64,000 bases of DNA from IMG/VR virus record IMGVR_UViG_3300024229_000651. One strand, written 5' to 3'. A program made the translations under genes and the position numbers. The stretch's first letter is position 1, and each line of letters opens with the position of its first letter. Shown here piece after piece: positions 28,156-37,641 of this stretch. The DNA is from a virus (lineage: Duplodnaviria; Caudoviricetes). The notes under the pieces are model-generated. The model did no database searches and was not told the origin of the DNA. It saw only the letters and a list, made by a program, of their open reading frames with translations.

Positions 28156-28619
28156 TACTTGAACACTTCCTTTATTTCTTTATTAGACATACCTGCAGAC
28201 ATAGCAAGGTCTTTTAGTTCTTCGTCTGTATTAATCGACAGTAACAAATCGACTTCGTCCTGTTTGAGGTGCGGTAGCAGATCTGCTATAAATTGAGAAC
28301 GCTTGTTCTTTTTACGCTTGCTATTGGGAGGCTTAATATAAGGATGATTCTGCACTTTACCGATTCCGGCGGCTGTAAATAATAGCCACTGTAATTCGGG
28401 ATGTTTGCTAACATCACTAAACTTGTGATTTACAAGCTCGTTAACCATCCACAAATAGTCAGGTGCACATGCACCTTGTACACTACTTGCATACCTCATC
28501 ATCATCCATGCGCTGAATGCTTTTTTCTTTTCATCAGTTAACTTATTATACCATCCTCTGTCTTTTTTGTCAATTGCTTTCATGACTTCTGATAAAGGTA
28601 TTTGGGGTGCTTTAGCCAT
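28155..28619 (-). CDS. Probable clamp-loader small subunit (T4 gp62-like)
   Basis: AIDKKD..Y...KAFSAWMMMRYAS..VNELVN pattern resembling gp62-family proteins. Confidence 0.6.
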   Translation of the reverse strand: MAKAPQIPLSEVMKAIDKKDRGWYNKLTDEKKKAFSAWMMMRYASSVQGACAPDYLWMVNELVNHKFSDVSKHPELQWLLFTAAGIGKVQNHPYIKPPNSKRKKNKRSQFIADLLPHLKQDEVDLLLSINTDEELKDLAMSAGMSNKEIKEVFK

Positions 28620-29133
28620 TAATAATGCCTATGTAATGTGATTCGCCGTTGCTTACAGACTCTACCCAATCAACATCACTGTTCTCATTAGCAGAGTCGC
28701 TAACATACTTATAACAACGGAACTCGACACCTGCTGATTTACAGGCTTTTGCAATTGCGTATGCTTCCATTTCTACTACATCTGCTGGAAGTTCTAAGTT
28801 AGAATCCATTACAAAATCATCTCCGGTGCTACAAGTATACCCTTCACCCAAACTGATCAGATTAGGCTCTGGGGCAACTACAGCATCTAGTGTTTCAGGA
28901 CATCGATCCCTGTCACGCTCTACAAAGTTTTTTATTTCATATAATCCAGTACCCAAAGTAATACCTCCGCAAGTACCAAAATTCCAAACACGTTTCGGCT
29001 TATACCGCTCAATTAGTGTTGCCGCGGTGATAGCGGCATTAACTTTGCCTACTCCAGTAAAAAATACACTGGGCCATGTTGCCATCTCTGGCGCTTCTGC
29101 TTCTAATGCAATTAAAATTATATCATTCATCAT
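28612..29133 (-). CDS. mtnN: MTA/SAH nucleosidase-like (PNP_UDP family)
   Basis: GVGKVNAA, NFGTCGG, STGDDFV, VEMEAYA, YVSD. Confidence 0.85.
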   Translation of the reverse strand: MMNDIILIALEAEAPEMATWPSVFFTGVGKVNAAITAATLIERYKPKRVWNFGTCGGITLGTGLYEIKNFVERDRDRCPETLDAVVAPEPNLISLGEGYTCSTGDDFVMDSNLELPADVVEMEAYAIAKACKSAGVEFRCYKYVSDSANENSDVDWVESVSNGESHYIGIING

Positions 29134-29683
29134 CGTACTCCAGTAGCGAAACACACTTGTATCCGCTATCTACAATTTTAGTAGAGCCGCCTAATACAGG
29201 AAGATCAATAACAGACAAAATCATTATATCCTGCTTAGGTATGCGCCACTCTTCGTGTATTAAACTTGCACATGCTATAGCTGTGCCGCCGGTGGCAATT
29301 AAGTCATCAACAACAAGTACTTTGCCGTGTATAGGAGACATTTCCTGTATGTGTAACTCTGCAGAACCGTATTCCAACTCGTACGATTTGTTAACGGTAT
29401 TATTTGGCAGCTTGCCCGGCTTTCGTGCCATTACAAAAGGAATAGTCAGTTTATTTGCTAACGGTGCACCGAATACAAACCCTCTGCTTTCAATACCCAC
29501 AACACAGTTAGCAGAAAACTGTCTTGCAACTTCTTCTAACGCATGTAATGTTAAAGAAAATCCAGTTGGGTGTTCTAACAGACTAGTTATATCTTTAAAT
29601 TGTATACCGGGTATCGGGAAATCTGGTACTGTTCGAATATATTGATCGAGATAATTATGGTTATAGGTCATCAAAATATCCAT
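29123..29683 (-). CDS. apt: Adenine phosphoribosyltransferase
   Basis: PDFPIPGIQFKDIT, GIESRGF, RKPGKLP, YELEYG, VVDDLIATGGT. Confidence 0.95.
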   Translation of the reverse strand: MDILMTYNHNYLDQYIRTVPDFPIPGIQFKDITSLLEHPTGFSLTLHALEEVARQFSANCVVGIESRGFVFGAPLANKLTIPFVMARKPGKLPNNTVNKSYELEYGSAELHIQEMSPIHGKVLVVDDLIATGGTAIACASLIHEEWRIPKQDIMILSVIDLPVLGGSTKIVDSGYKCVSLLEYDDE

Positions 29684-30407
29684 TCTCTTCTAAATATTCT
29701 TCAGAGTACAGATCATATTTGTCGTGCCATTTTTTATTCATATAGCCGACAGATGCGTAGTAGCCTTTACCAGTTGTGTCTGCGTAATCGAACTCAGCTT
29801 CTAATTCCTCTTTGTTATACCATACACGTTCTACGATGTCTGCAATAGTTGTTTCAACAGAACTAAAACACACCTTATCTGCATCAAAATCTTCACCTTC
29901 GGTTTCTACAAACCAGCAACCGAAGTTCCCCTTCTCTCCACTATGAAACGCTAAGACAGGAATTAAATCATCGTCATCTGTGTCTGGAATTTCAACATTG
30001 TGGTATGCTTCTCTGCTGAAAAGATGATTAGCTTCGAAATTTTGATCATTGTCGTAATCATAATCATCGGATCCGTCTGCAGGAACTTCATACGCTACCC
30101 ACTGACCGTCTGAGTATGCGCCGTTGACGTGTTCAACATCGTCAGTATCGAACCAAGCATTAAAATCCTCATCTATCTCTGGAGCGGCAGTATCTCTGCC
30201 ATCTTCTGTATCCCATTCGTAGCTATTGATATGGTCGATTAAATCGCCCTCGTCAGCCTCTTGGTCTAACCAATAATCCACAAAGTCCGAATTAATTTGA
30301 CCTATGGTTAACTCGCCGCCATATCTTCCTGCTTCGATACGAAAGCGTCTTTTACGACCTCTCAACTTTTCAGTCATTTTATCAATGTCTTCATCTAATG
30401 TGCTCAT
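29661..30407 (-). CDS. Very acidic hypothetical protein
   Basis: 248 aa, D/E-rich. Confidence 0.65.
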   Translation of the reverse strand: MSTLDEDIDKMTEKLRGRKRRFRIEAGRYGGELTIGQINSDFVDYWLDQEADEGDLIDHINSYEWDTEDGRDTAAPEIDEDFNAWFDTDDVEHVNGAYSDGQWVAYEVPADGSDDYDYDNDQNFEANHLFSREAYHNVEIPDTDDDDLIPVLAFHSGEKGNFGCWFVETEGEDFDADKVCFSSVETTIADIVERVWYNKEELEAEFDYADTTGKGYYASVGYMNKKWHDKYDLYSEEYLEENGYFDDL

Positions 30408-30437
30408 TTGTCTGTCCTCTGTCTCAAGTTTTAAAAG

Positions 30438-30941
30438 TTAATCTAATAAATTAGCAATGTCTAATGTGTTAGGTATCTTGTTAAGTTCTTTAACGAACAA
30501 TGCACAAGGTGGGTTAGGTCCATCACTTAAAGGAACTACTAGCATATGTCCGTTTTTTAATTTAGGAAAAAACCATTTCACATCTTGATAGATATTAGTT
30601 ATCGAAATATCCTTGCACTCTAATCTACGATTGGATAACGGATTGATTGTAGCAGTTAAAAATCCTCTGTTGTTCAAACTAGTAAGAGGAATAACTTCTA
30701 GAGCTGTTAAATCCTCGTCAGTAATTGCTATACTCCAATCCATAGGCATCTGTATATCATGGTCTCCGATACGCAAGCAAACAGCTGGTGCATAGAAACT
30801 TTCTAAAAATATCAATGGTAGGAAGTAGTAGTCCATCCATTCCTTGTCGGACGTATCAAACACACTAAATCGTATGTCGTCTATCTGATCTGGTACTGTG
30901 TCTAGTTCGTAGACTGTGTTTTCAACAGTTAATATCTTCAT
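30438..30941 (-). CDS. Hypothetical protein
   Basis: Coupled to uvsW (1-nt overlap). Confidence 0.7.
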   Translation of the reverse strand: MKILTVENTVYELDTVPDQIDDIRFSVFDTSDKEWMDYYFLPLIFLESFYAPAVCLRIGDHDIQMPMDWSIAITDEDLTALEVIPLTSLNNRGFLTATINPLSNRRLECKDISITNIYQDVKWFFPKLKNGHMLVVPLSDGPNPPCALFVKELNKIPNTLDIANLLD

Positions 30942-32395
30942 TAATACTCCAGTTTTGTTATTTTAAACGGAAAGCCCTGTTCTCTATAAAACACTTTACG
31001 TTTTGTTAAATGCCTTTTACTATACTTTAAATTGCTAGTAATGTCAACCACACGCAAGTATTCTTTGTCTTCAGCTTTACGTATGCCCCTACCTATGCTT
31101 TGTATTACCCTTACAAAACTTTTGCCTGGCTCTAAAAGAACTAGATTAAAGATTCTGGGTATGTTAATACCTACTGCCGCTACGCCATATGTAGCAACAA
31201 TTACCTTATTATCCGCTTCACTAATTTCTGCATACTCGTCTTGCCGGTCAGTTGTTTTCATCCTGCCGCTAATAAATGCCCAGTCTGGATTCCTTTCCGC
31301 TAACATTTCTCCCGTTGCAATTCGATCAATCAGCACAAGTGTATTACCAGCGTCAGCTAACTTTGATATAATTCCGGTGAGCACATCTATTCGTGTAGGA
31401 TCTGTGACCAACCACTTCAGCTCCTGTGCATAGTTACCAAAGCCCATAACACCATCTTGTAGCTGGAATATATCAATATCTAACTCTGCTAATACACCTT
31501 TGTCCTGGAGTTCCTTACTACTCAAGTTACCAACTACAGGACCTATAGAGCACACACATCCTATTGCTTCATGCTCATCTTTAGGTATAGTGCCTGTTAG
31601 TCCCCACCTAATAGGAACATTAGCAAATGCGCCGCCTAATAAATTGCGCAATACATCAGCTTTTGCTTTGTGCACCTCATCGACCATAATACATACTACG
31701 CCGGTGAGAAATTGATCTATTGGAAAGTCTGCTTCAAATTTCTTACTTTTCTTATCCATGATACTGAGACTTTGCCACGTACAAATAGTATGCGTTTTGT
31801 CGTATTCCTTTCTGTCCCCGAAAAGTACGCCTACATCGAGCCCCAAGTTCTTGTAATCTTTTTCTGTTTGAACTACAAGATCCTTGTTGGGCACAATAAC
31901 TACACTGCGCCCGTAAGGCTCGCACAAGTTACTTAATGCGGCTGTAATCAATGTCTTGCCTGCGCCAGTAGCAATTTCCTGTATAGATTGCGGGTTTGCT
32001 AAAAATTCATTAATGACATCTACTTGGTAATCTCTGAGTATGACTGGGGTTCCTTCAGCAGGATGTCCCTTAGGCCATAATGTATCCTTAAACCTATCAA
32101 GTTCAATCTTATCAAAGTTAAAGGACCATTGCTGGCGCTGATCATCTAGCTCTATTTCATAGCCTTCCTTTTGCACAATAGGCAGAAGTCTATCAAGTAA
32201 ATTTAAATATGTTCTGCCGCCGACATCACAGAACCTGACACACCCATCCCATCTACCTAACTTATAAGCTGGCATGTGGTATGCATACGGCAACATGTAC
32301 TTAACAGCATCAGATAGCTTTCGTCTAGTCTTAGGTTCCACACCTACAAACTTAACGTTTACTTCATCTCTGATTTCAAGTGTGCATTTAGCCAT
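30941..32395 (-). CDS. uvsW: UvsW-like SF2 helicase
   Basis: LRDYQ, ATGAGKT, DEVH, GLTGT, QSIGRGIR. Confidence 0.93.
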   Translation of the reverse strand: MAKCTLEIRDEVNVKFVGVEPKTRRKLSDAVKYMLPYAYHMPAYKLGRWDGCVRFCDVGGRTYLNLLDRLLPIVQKEGYEIELDDQRQQWSFNFDKIELDRFKDTLWPKGHPAEGTPVILRDYQVDVINEFLANPQSIQEIATGAGKTLITAALSNLCEPYGRSVVIVPNKDLVVQTEKDYKNLGLDVGVLFGDRKEYDKTHTICTWQSLSIMDKKSKKFEADFPIDQFLTGVVCIMVDEVHKAKADVLRNLLGGAFANVPIRWGLTGTIPKDEHEAIGCVCSIGPVVGNLSSKELQDKGVLAELDIDIFQLQDGVMGFGNYAQELKWLVTDPTRIDVLTGIISKLADAGNTLVLIDRIATGEMLAERNPDWAFISGRMKTTDRQDEYAEISEADNKVIVATYGVAAVGINIPRIFNLVLLEPGKSFVRVIQSIGRGIRKAEDKEYLRVVDITSNLKYSKRHLTKRKVFYREQGFPFKITKLEY

Positions 32396-32427
32396 TAATA
32401 AGATTCTCTTCTATAGGAACAGCGTAC

Positions 32428-32457
32428 ATTATACTACCAATCATATGCCAATGTCAA
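32428..32457 (-). promoter_or_regulatory. Sigma70-type promoter TTGACA-N18-TATAAT
   Basis: Upstream of uvsW. Confidence 0.55.
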
Positions 32458-34044
32458 GGAAAATTGTCTACCAATATTACTATAAAACGGAACTACCTCA
32501 ATCTCATCATTTAACAAGTTTTCTATTTGCAAGGTCAGTATAATATCATTAAAATCTTTTGTAGCAAATACATTAATTTTGTGTAGATCTTCTAGCACAG
32601 TACCGTCATATGGCCCGGGCTTTCTATCCAAATTAAACGCATACGTTGCTGTGAAGGTAGTATTCCATAAATCTTTAGTCGCTTCTATTGTGCCTGCGTA
32701 CTTAGGTGTACGAGGTTGCGTTGTATCTGTGTATCTTGCTGTCACAGACACTGGGCCAAATGCCTGACTGTATGTTACACCTTTTGAGTTGTACTTGCCA
32801 GCGTTATAATAAATATTATCAGAATAGTTATAATCAATGGTTTCATGAAATCTATATTTGAAAAAACCGATCGGCCCATAACCAAATTCAACGCCACGAC
32901 CTTCTTCAGGTTCTAATTCTGGATTTGATTGTACCCACGAGTCTCCATGTAGTTCGTAAAGATTAGGACGTCTAAAACTTGTGCCTATACTGGCATATAA
33001 TTTGCCTTGCTCGAAACCAAATCTGTGCGAGTTTTGTCCATCGTTGCCTCTGCGAATACCAATGCTGTATTTTGTATGCACTAAATCTATCTTAGTGCTG
33101 AAGAAACCCGCAATATTTTGTTGGCTGTGTTCGTTATATTCCTCGTTACTGTAATCTACACCGTAGTCAAAAGTAAAATTAGCAAACAGCCAACCATAGT
33201 CATCGAGCGAATTTGGTCCGTATGTAGTAGATCGAGTATCCATTAATTTTACATAGTCTCTACTACTAGTATTACTAAATGTAGAGTCTTGTTCAGTGAA
33301 GAATTCTGCCTTGTTCTCGCTACGGCCCAATACAAAATGATCATTAGAAGCAGTTAAAACATACCGATCTCCTATTTGACGACAATCGTTTGATTGAGAA
33401 AAACTAGCAGTATAGCAATTATCGTAGTCGTATTCATAATCTGTATACTTGCCTGTCACAGTAAATCTGTCAAAATCGTAGTTAAACTTTCCAGACACGT
33501 TACTGTATCGATCTTTTTCTGTATTATCATTCCTAACACTAGGATGTTCCGAATTGAATTTTAAAAGCTGTACACTGTCCGATGCAACCGATGCATACGA
33601 ATGGTCTGTCCCGTGCCTAATTATTACACCAGAATCTATTGTGTCTTCGATTAATACTGTGCCAGCAATGCTTCCTGAACCATATAGTACTCCATTAGGA
33701 CCAGATATGTATCTAACTGTCTGCCCCGATGCTATATCATGTCCAAAGTCATACAGCCCTGTTCCGGGCTCGTTAGCGGGTATGCCGTTAACAAATACTG
33801 TTGTGTGCACCGATTGTGCGCCTGTTTGGTTGAACCCAATAACGCCGCCGTAGCCGCCTGGATTATAAGTAAACGCAGGCAGAACAGCACTTGCTAATCG
33901 TGACGTATGAACTGGGTCTACTGCTGTGGTTGTTATTCGTTGTCCGACTACAACGGTTTCTTCTATATCAATGTCTTGTGCATTCACAGAAGATACGGAA
34001 GTAACTAGTGCGATACAAGTCAAAAAGTTAATTTTATTACTCAT
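32434..34044 (-). CDS. TonB-dependent outer-membrane receptor (BtuB-like architecture)
   Basis: Signal peptide MSNKINFLTCIALVTSVSSVNA; IEETVVVG TonB box; plug motifs VFVNGIP and GPNGVLYGSGSIAG; FRRPNLYEL; ENLLN; C-terminal GRQFSLTLAYDW. Confidence 0.88.
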   Translation of the reverse strand: MSNKINFLTCIALVTSVSSVNAQDIDIEETVVVGQRITTTAVDPVHTSRLASAVLPAFTYNPGGYGGVIGFNQTGAQSVHTTVFVNGIPANEPGTGLYDFGHDIASGQTVRYISGPNGVLYGSGSIAGTVLIEDTIDSGVIIRHGTDHSYASVASDSVQLLKFNSEHPSVRNDNTEKDRYSNVSGKFNYDFDRFTVTGKYTDYEYDYDNCYTASFSQSNDCRQIGDRYVLTASNDHFVLGRSENKAEFFTEQDSTFSNTSSRDYVKLMDTRSTTYGPNSLDDYGWLFANFTFDYGVDYSNEEYNEHSQQNIAGFFSTKIDLVHTKYSIGIRRGNDGQNSHRFGFEQGKLYASIGTSFRRPNLYELHGDSWVQSNPELEPEEGRGVEFGYGPIGFFKYRFHETIDYNYSDNIYYNAGKYNSKGVTYSQAFGPVSVTARYTDTTQPRTPKYAGTIEATKDLWNTTFTATYAFNLDRKPGPYDGTVLEDLHKINVFATKDFNDIILTLQIENLLNDEIEVVPFYSNIGRQFSLTLAYDW

Positions 34045-34072
34045 TATTATCCTTATGTTAATTAACCCAGTA

Positions 34073-34100
34073 ATTATACATGTAATCAAGAATAAGTCAA
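34073..34100 (-). promoter_or_regulatory. Sigma70-type promoter TTGACT-N16-TATAAT
   Basis: Between the terminator and the TonB receptor gene. Confidence 0.6.
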
Positions 34101-34102
34101 GT

Positions 34103-34134
34103 AAAAAGTGAAGCCCGGAGGGGTTCCGGGCTTC
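34103..34134 (-). terminator. Intrinsic terminator
   Basis: 10-bp stem GAAGCCCGGA/UCCGGGCUUC followed by ACUUUUU on the minus strand. Confidence 0.85.
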
Positions 34135-34136
34135 GT

Positions 34137-34186
34137 GGTGCTCTTGGGGGGATGACTAACGGTTGAGCACCGGGGGAATCGTTAGT
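34137..34186 (-). ncRNA. Putative H-type RNA pseudoknot
   Basis: Two perfect interdigitated 7-bp helices, ACUAACG/CGUUAGU and GGUGCUC/GAGCACC. Confidence 0.5.
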
Positions 34187-34199
34187 ATGTATACTTATA

Positions 34200-35234
34200 T
34201 TAGATACCACCCTTCATGCACGTAGTCTGGGCAAGTCTGACCCAATTGTCGTTGTCCATTTGCTTGAGGTCTGCAATCTTCAACACCATACGCAAACTAA
34301 TCTCACGAAGTTTTTGTGCATTATCGACCATGAAGTTAATTACTTCACTCTTACCTTCTTCACCGAAGTTGTAATCGTCTAGCATGCCGTCTCGCACAAT
34401 TTGCTTGATGCGGATGAATTTATCCTTGACACTGTTCATAGTCAAATCCAAGTAGTGACAACGACTCATCAACGCACTAAGGTGATCTTGAATCTTCTTA
34501 GAACGGACATTTTCAAAGTTCACGTTAGTAATGAATACTACGCCGCCTGCAAAGTCAAACCGATCTGGGATTCCTTCCCTACGCAATGCTGAACTCTCAG
34601 ACTTCCAACTAATTGTACGCTTCTTGCCTGAGTCAAGTACTGCCTTCAGCATGTTCAAACAAACTTCATCAAACAGGATACTATCACAGTCATCAAAAAC
34701 AAGAACATTGCCTTTGTCACTGTTCATGTACAGTGTCTGGTATAGACCAATTGGGGTCATAGAACCTTTTACAATTTCAGTGCGGGCTGGCTTGCCAGCA
34801 ACTTGAGTTAACATGTCATAATCTTCTAATACAGTTTCAACACCAAATGACTTACCAACACCTGGAGGACCACTTACTATCATACCACGCACTGTGCCTT
34901 CTGCTACAGCATGAGTCATACGATCAAGGATATCGAAACGCTCTTTGATCCGCTCAATAGCATCATCTTCGGACTCCTCTTCGGTTGTGTCCTCTACTGA
35001 TGCAACTTTTGGTTGCTCTGCAAACACACCTGGTGTTACATACTCTACATCGTCCGATGGGTTAGTAATAAGTACACGAATTTTTGCAAACTGATCGCCT
35101 AATGCATCAGTACCATCTACAGTGATAAATGCACCTTTCTTACCAATATTAAGAGGCTTAATAACTGGGAAAACTAAGTTCTCAATAACCTTAGAACGGT
35201 AAGTGCCTTGCTTGATCTTTACAAACTGTTTCAT
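34200..35234 (-). CDS. AAA+ ATPase
   Basis: Walker A GPPGVGKS, Walker B LVFDDCD, FITN, SRC. Confidence 0.85.
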   Translation of the reverse strand: MKQFVKIKQGTYRSKVIENLVFPVIKPLNIGKKGAFITVDGTDALGDQFAKIRVLITNPSDDVEYVTPGVFAEQPKVASVEDTTEEESEDDAIERIKERFDILDRMTHAVAEGTVRGMIVSGPPGVGKSFGVETVLEDYDMLTQVAGKPARTEIVKGSMTPIGLYQTLYMNSDKGNVLVFDDCDSILFDEVCLNMLKAVLDSGKKRTISWKSESSALRREGIPDRFDFAGGVVFITNVNFENVRSKKIQDHLSALMSRCHYLDLTMNSVKDKFIRIKQIVRDGMLDDYNFGEEGKSEVINFMVDNAQKLREISLRMVLKIADLKQMDNDNWVRLAQTTCMKGGI

Positions 35235-35268
35235 AAAATGTCATCCGTTTATTTAATTTACAAGTACT

Positions 35269-35296
35269 ATTATACGGATTTTGAAGGGAAAGTCAA
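35269..35296 (-). promoter_or_regulatory. Sigma70-type promoter TTGACT-N16-TATAAT, with an adjacent inverted repeat (TTGCCAG-N5-CTGGCAA, 35302-35320)
   Basis: Read directly, upstream of the AAA gene. Confidence 0.6.
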
Positions 35297-35339
35297 CCTT
35301 TTTGCCAGTTTTTCTGGCAACTTTTTTAAGGAAGGTAAG

Positions 35340-35543
35340 TTATTGATTTATAAGGCTTTTTAATATTCGATAACTTATGTATGTGCATACGAAGTTATAT
35401 AAACCTAAGTAAATCAAGTAGTTAACGCTGAAATAGACACCTGAAAAAACTGCCAAACACCCAAGTATTCCATTGCCATGCATCATGAATTTATGATATT
35501 TTTTCCCCAATGCCAAGTACTCTGTAAGATTTTTGCACTGCAA
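35340..35543 (-). CDS. Small hydrophobic hypothetical protein (true start may be downstream)
   Basis: Two hydrophobic stretches; 5' end overlaps the exonuclease gene. Confidence 0.4.
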   Translation of the reverse strand: MQCKNLTEYLALGKKYHKFMMHGNGILGCLAVFSGVYFSVNYLIYLGLYNFVCTYISYRILKSLINQ

Positions 35544-36045
35544 TAGCCTGGTTATATGCGTCTGCCAGGGCCGAATGATGGTCTATTTGGTTTCCGGCAA
35601 CGTCTTTTCTAGGATCACCAGGGACTAATTCAAACAAGGTCCTGCTATCTGCTTCTTCCCAATAAAACCAGTTTTTATGTATACCGTACTGCTCATAAAG
35701 ATGTTCTAGAATACCATAGTCAAATCTGGGGCCTTGTGCCCACTTCTTATCACAACCAACAAACCACTTGTTTAGTTCGTTGCAAAAATGCTCCACTGAT
35801 ACTCGACCGTCAACCTTAAACGCATCTTCTTGGATATCCTTATCTTGCTTAGACCACCACTCAACTGTGTTGGGATCAACAATACGGCCTTTCTCCGATT
35901 GTTCGTCAATATCTAATCGCATCATTAGCGGAGAATGTGGTACTGCATCGGATGTGGGGTCAAACTTTACTCCGCCAACACTTAGCACAACTGCATCGCT
36001 TTTTGTAGCTAGAGTCTCAATATCTATCATTGCATGAGTTGGCAT
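35491..36045 (-). CDS. DEDDh 3'-5' exonuclease (RNase AS/Rv2179c-like)
   Basis: MIDIET, WAQGPRFD, H.AL.DA..QA. Confidence 0.85.
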   Translation of the reverse strand: MPTHAMIDIETLATKSDAVVLSVGGVKFDPTSDAVPHSPLMMRLDIDEQSEKGRIVDPNTVEWWSKQDKDIQEDAFKVDGRVSVEHFCNELNKWFVGCDKKWAQGPRFDYGILEHLYEQYGIHKNWFYWEEADSRTLFELVPGDPRKDVAGNQIDHHSALADAYNQAIAVQKSYRVLGIGEKIS

Positions 36046-36197
36046 TACTTAAAATTTCCGTAAAGTTGATCGAATATCTTCTTCGCTTCATCAGCACTAA
36101 GTGCTTCTTCTTTATACAACGAGCGTTCTTCTGTGTTTAACCACAGCCACTCATTAAAATTTATACTGTATGACTTTGTTTTATCGTATTCAAACAT
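36045..36197 (-). CDS. Small hypothetical protein (not in the ORF track)
   Basis: MFEYDKTKSYSINFNEWLWLNTEERSLYKEEALSADEAKKIFDQLYGNFK*; GGAG SD; promoter TTGACT-N17-TAATAT at 36233-36261. Confidence 0.65.
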   Translation of the reverse strand: MFEYDKTKSYSINFNEWLWLNTEERSLYKEEALSADEAKKIFDQLYGNFK

Positions 36198-36249
36198 CCG
36201 GTTACTCCTACATAACGTTAACATTAATCAATATATTAGCACCACTCCA

Positions 36250-36651
36250 TCAGGAAGTCAAGAACTTTTTGAAATATTTTTCACATAAAGCGTCTTCGTT
36301 GCGGTATGCTTCAATCTCCCAGGGCTGGTCTTCGTAGCGCCTTTTCATCAAACCGTGGTCGATTTCGTGCAATATCAACTGTTTAGCATGTATGAGTTCA
36401 TGCATAAGGTTGCGAAGTACTTCATTTCTTGTAAAGTAGCCCCCATGGCTCTTCCTGCCCAAGCCTATCACAATATGTTCATTATCACCATAACAAAAGC
36501 CGCCCAACTGATCTTCTAGCTCAGTTATTAAATCAATTGTTATATCTACATCGTGTGTTATGTCCTTGCACTGATCATACAAATACTGTTCGCACTCTTG
36601 TACTACTAGGCTCTTTTTAGCAAATCGTCCTGCCCAAAAAATATGTATCAT
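36250..36651 (-). CDS. Zincin-like metallopeptidase
   Basis: MHELIHAKQ (HExxH) and PWEIEAY. Confidence 0.7.
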   Translation of the reverse strand: MIHIFWAGRFAKKSLVVQECEQYLYDQCKDITHDVDITIDLITELEDQLGGFCYGDNEHIVIGLGRKSHGGYFTRNEVLRNLMHELIHAKQLILHEIDHGLMKRRYEDQPWEIEAYRNEDALCEKYFKKFLTS

Positions 36652-37640
36652 ACACGTATCTCAACAAGTTGTTTAAATTCATTGCTCTGCAAATGCAAAG
36701 AGTTTTTCTGGCGGCGGTTTGCTGTATAATGGTATATGTCCAATATATCATTGTTTAAGCGATCTATCTCTTTGGCGCAAGAATCTACACGTTTTACCAA
36801 ATTAGTTTCTTCGTCATAAGAATGGTCTATTAGGTCTTTAAAGGTATCAAATCCAAACTGCTCTAATTTTTTGATAGATCCAGGAGCATTTATTGATAAG
36901 AACAACTGTCCTGCATATATAGGCTTCCAAGTTTTTTCTGTAAAGAACATACGTTTGCACGAACTCTCTGTTATAATATTCAGTGCTGTTTGATTATATG
37001 CTGGGCTACTTACTGTATGATCGTTAACATAAGGATCAGTATCTGAAAGATCATCGATTGTGATCGGACAAATATGCTTGAGCATGCTTAAAAAATATTC
37101 ATACTCGTCCGAGTAATCCAGTATGTCTTGTTGCCAGTAGTCTTGTTGTAAATGAGTCTTAGCATGCTGTTGCTTATCCCAAAGAAAACTGTGCAACACA
37201 GACTCTTGTAAATTGTGCGAGTAAATCTTATTCAGCATGATAAGCCTGTGTATCTTAGGAACAGAATTCAAACAAGAGAATTTGTGTTCGATTGATTTTT
37301 CTTCTATTGGATATTCGGCTTGGCTGTACGGTAAATGAAAGTAAGATGTATAGTTATCCTCAGTAGCATCGTCACTAAGAACCACTACTTTCTTATTTTT
37401 GTGTGTATCTACAAATGACCGAACTTGCTGTTGACTGAGTGCGTCCATTGGGTTGTGACTCACGTCCAATACAATAGTGTTAAACCAAGCGAGCTCAGGT
37501 AATTCGTAATTTAGTAAATTATCGTTAACTATGACATAATTGTCATGTATACCCAATTTACTAGATAGCCATGGTATAAGGTATCTTCTACTGACTGTGC
37601 CAGTGTTGTAAACCTCAGACAAATCAATAATTTGTTTCAT
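36648..37640 (-). CDS. Glycosyltransferase-like protein
   Basis: FSCLNSVPKIHR, IITES..FFTEKTWKPI; paralog of 6870..8189. Confidence 0.5.
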   Translation of the reverse strand: MKQIIDLSEVYNTGTVSRRYLIPWLSSKLGIHDNYVIVNDNLLNYELPELAWFNTIVLDVSHNPMDALSQQQVRSFVDTHKNKKVVVLSDDATEDNYTSYFHLPYSQAEYPIEEKSIEHKFSCLNSVPKIHRLIMLNKIYSHNLQESVLHSFLWDKQQHAKTHLQQDYWQQDILDYSDEYEYFLSMLKHICPITIDDLSDTDPYVNDHTVSSPAYNQTALNIITESSCKRMFFTEKTWKPIYAGQLFLSINAPGSIKKLEQFGFDTFKDLIDHSYDEETNLVKRVDSCAKEIDRLNNDILDIYHYTANRRQKNSLHLQSNEFKQLVEIRV

Positions 37641-37641
37641 C

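Noticed and set aside
34045-34199. Cobalamin riboswitch upstream of the BtuB-like receptor
   Set aside because: The B12-box and AGGGAA...GCCCCCGC.ACUGU elements are not visible and the region is too short. The pseudoknot is reported separately.
34200-35234. Calling the AAA ATPase the gp44 clamp-loader large subunit
   Set aside because: It has Walker A/B and SRC-like residues, but the N-terminal domain and overall pattern differ from gp44 and it is not adjacent to the gp62-like gene. Left as a generic AAA+.
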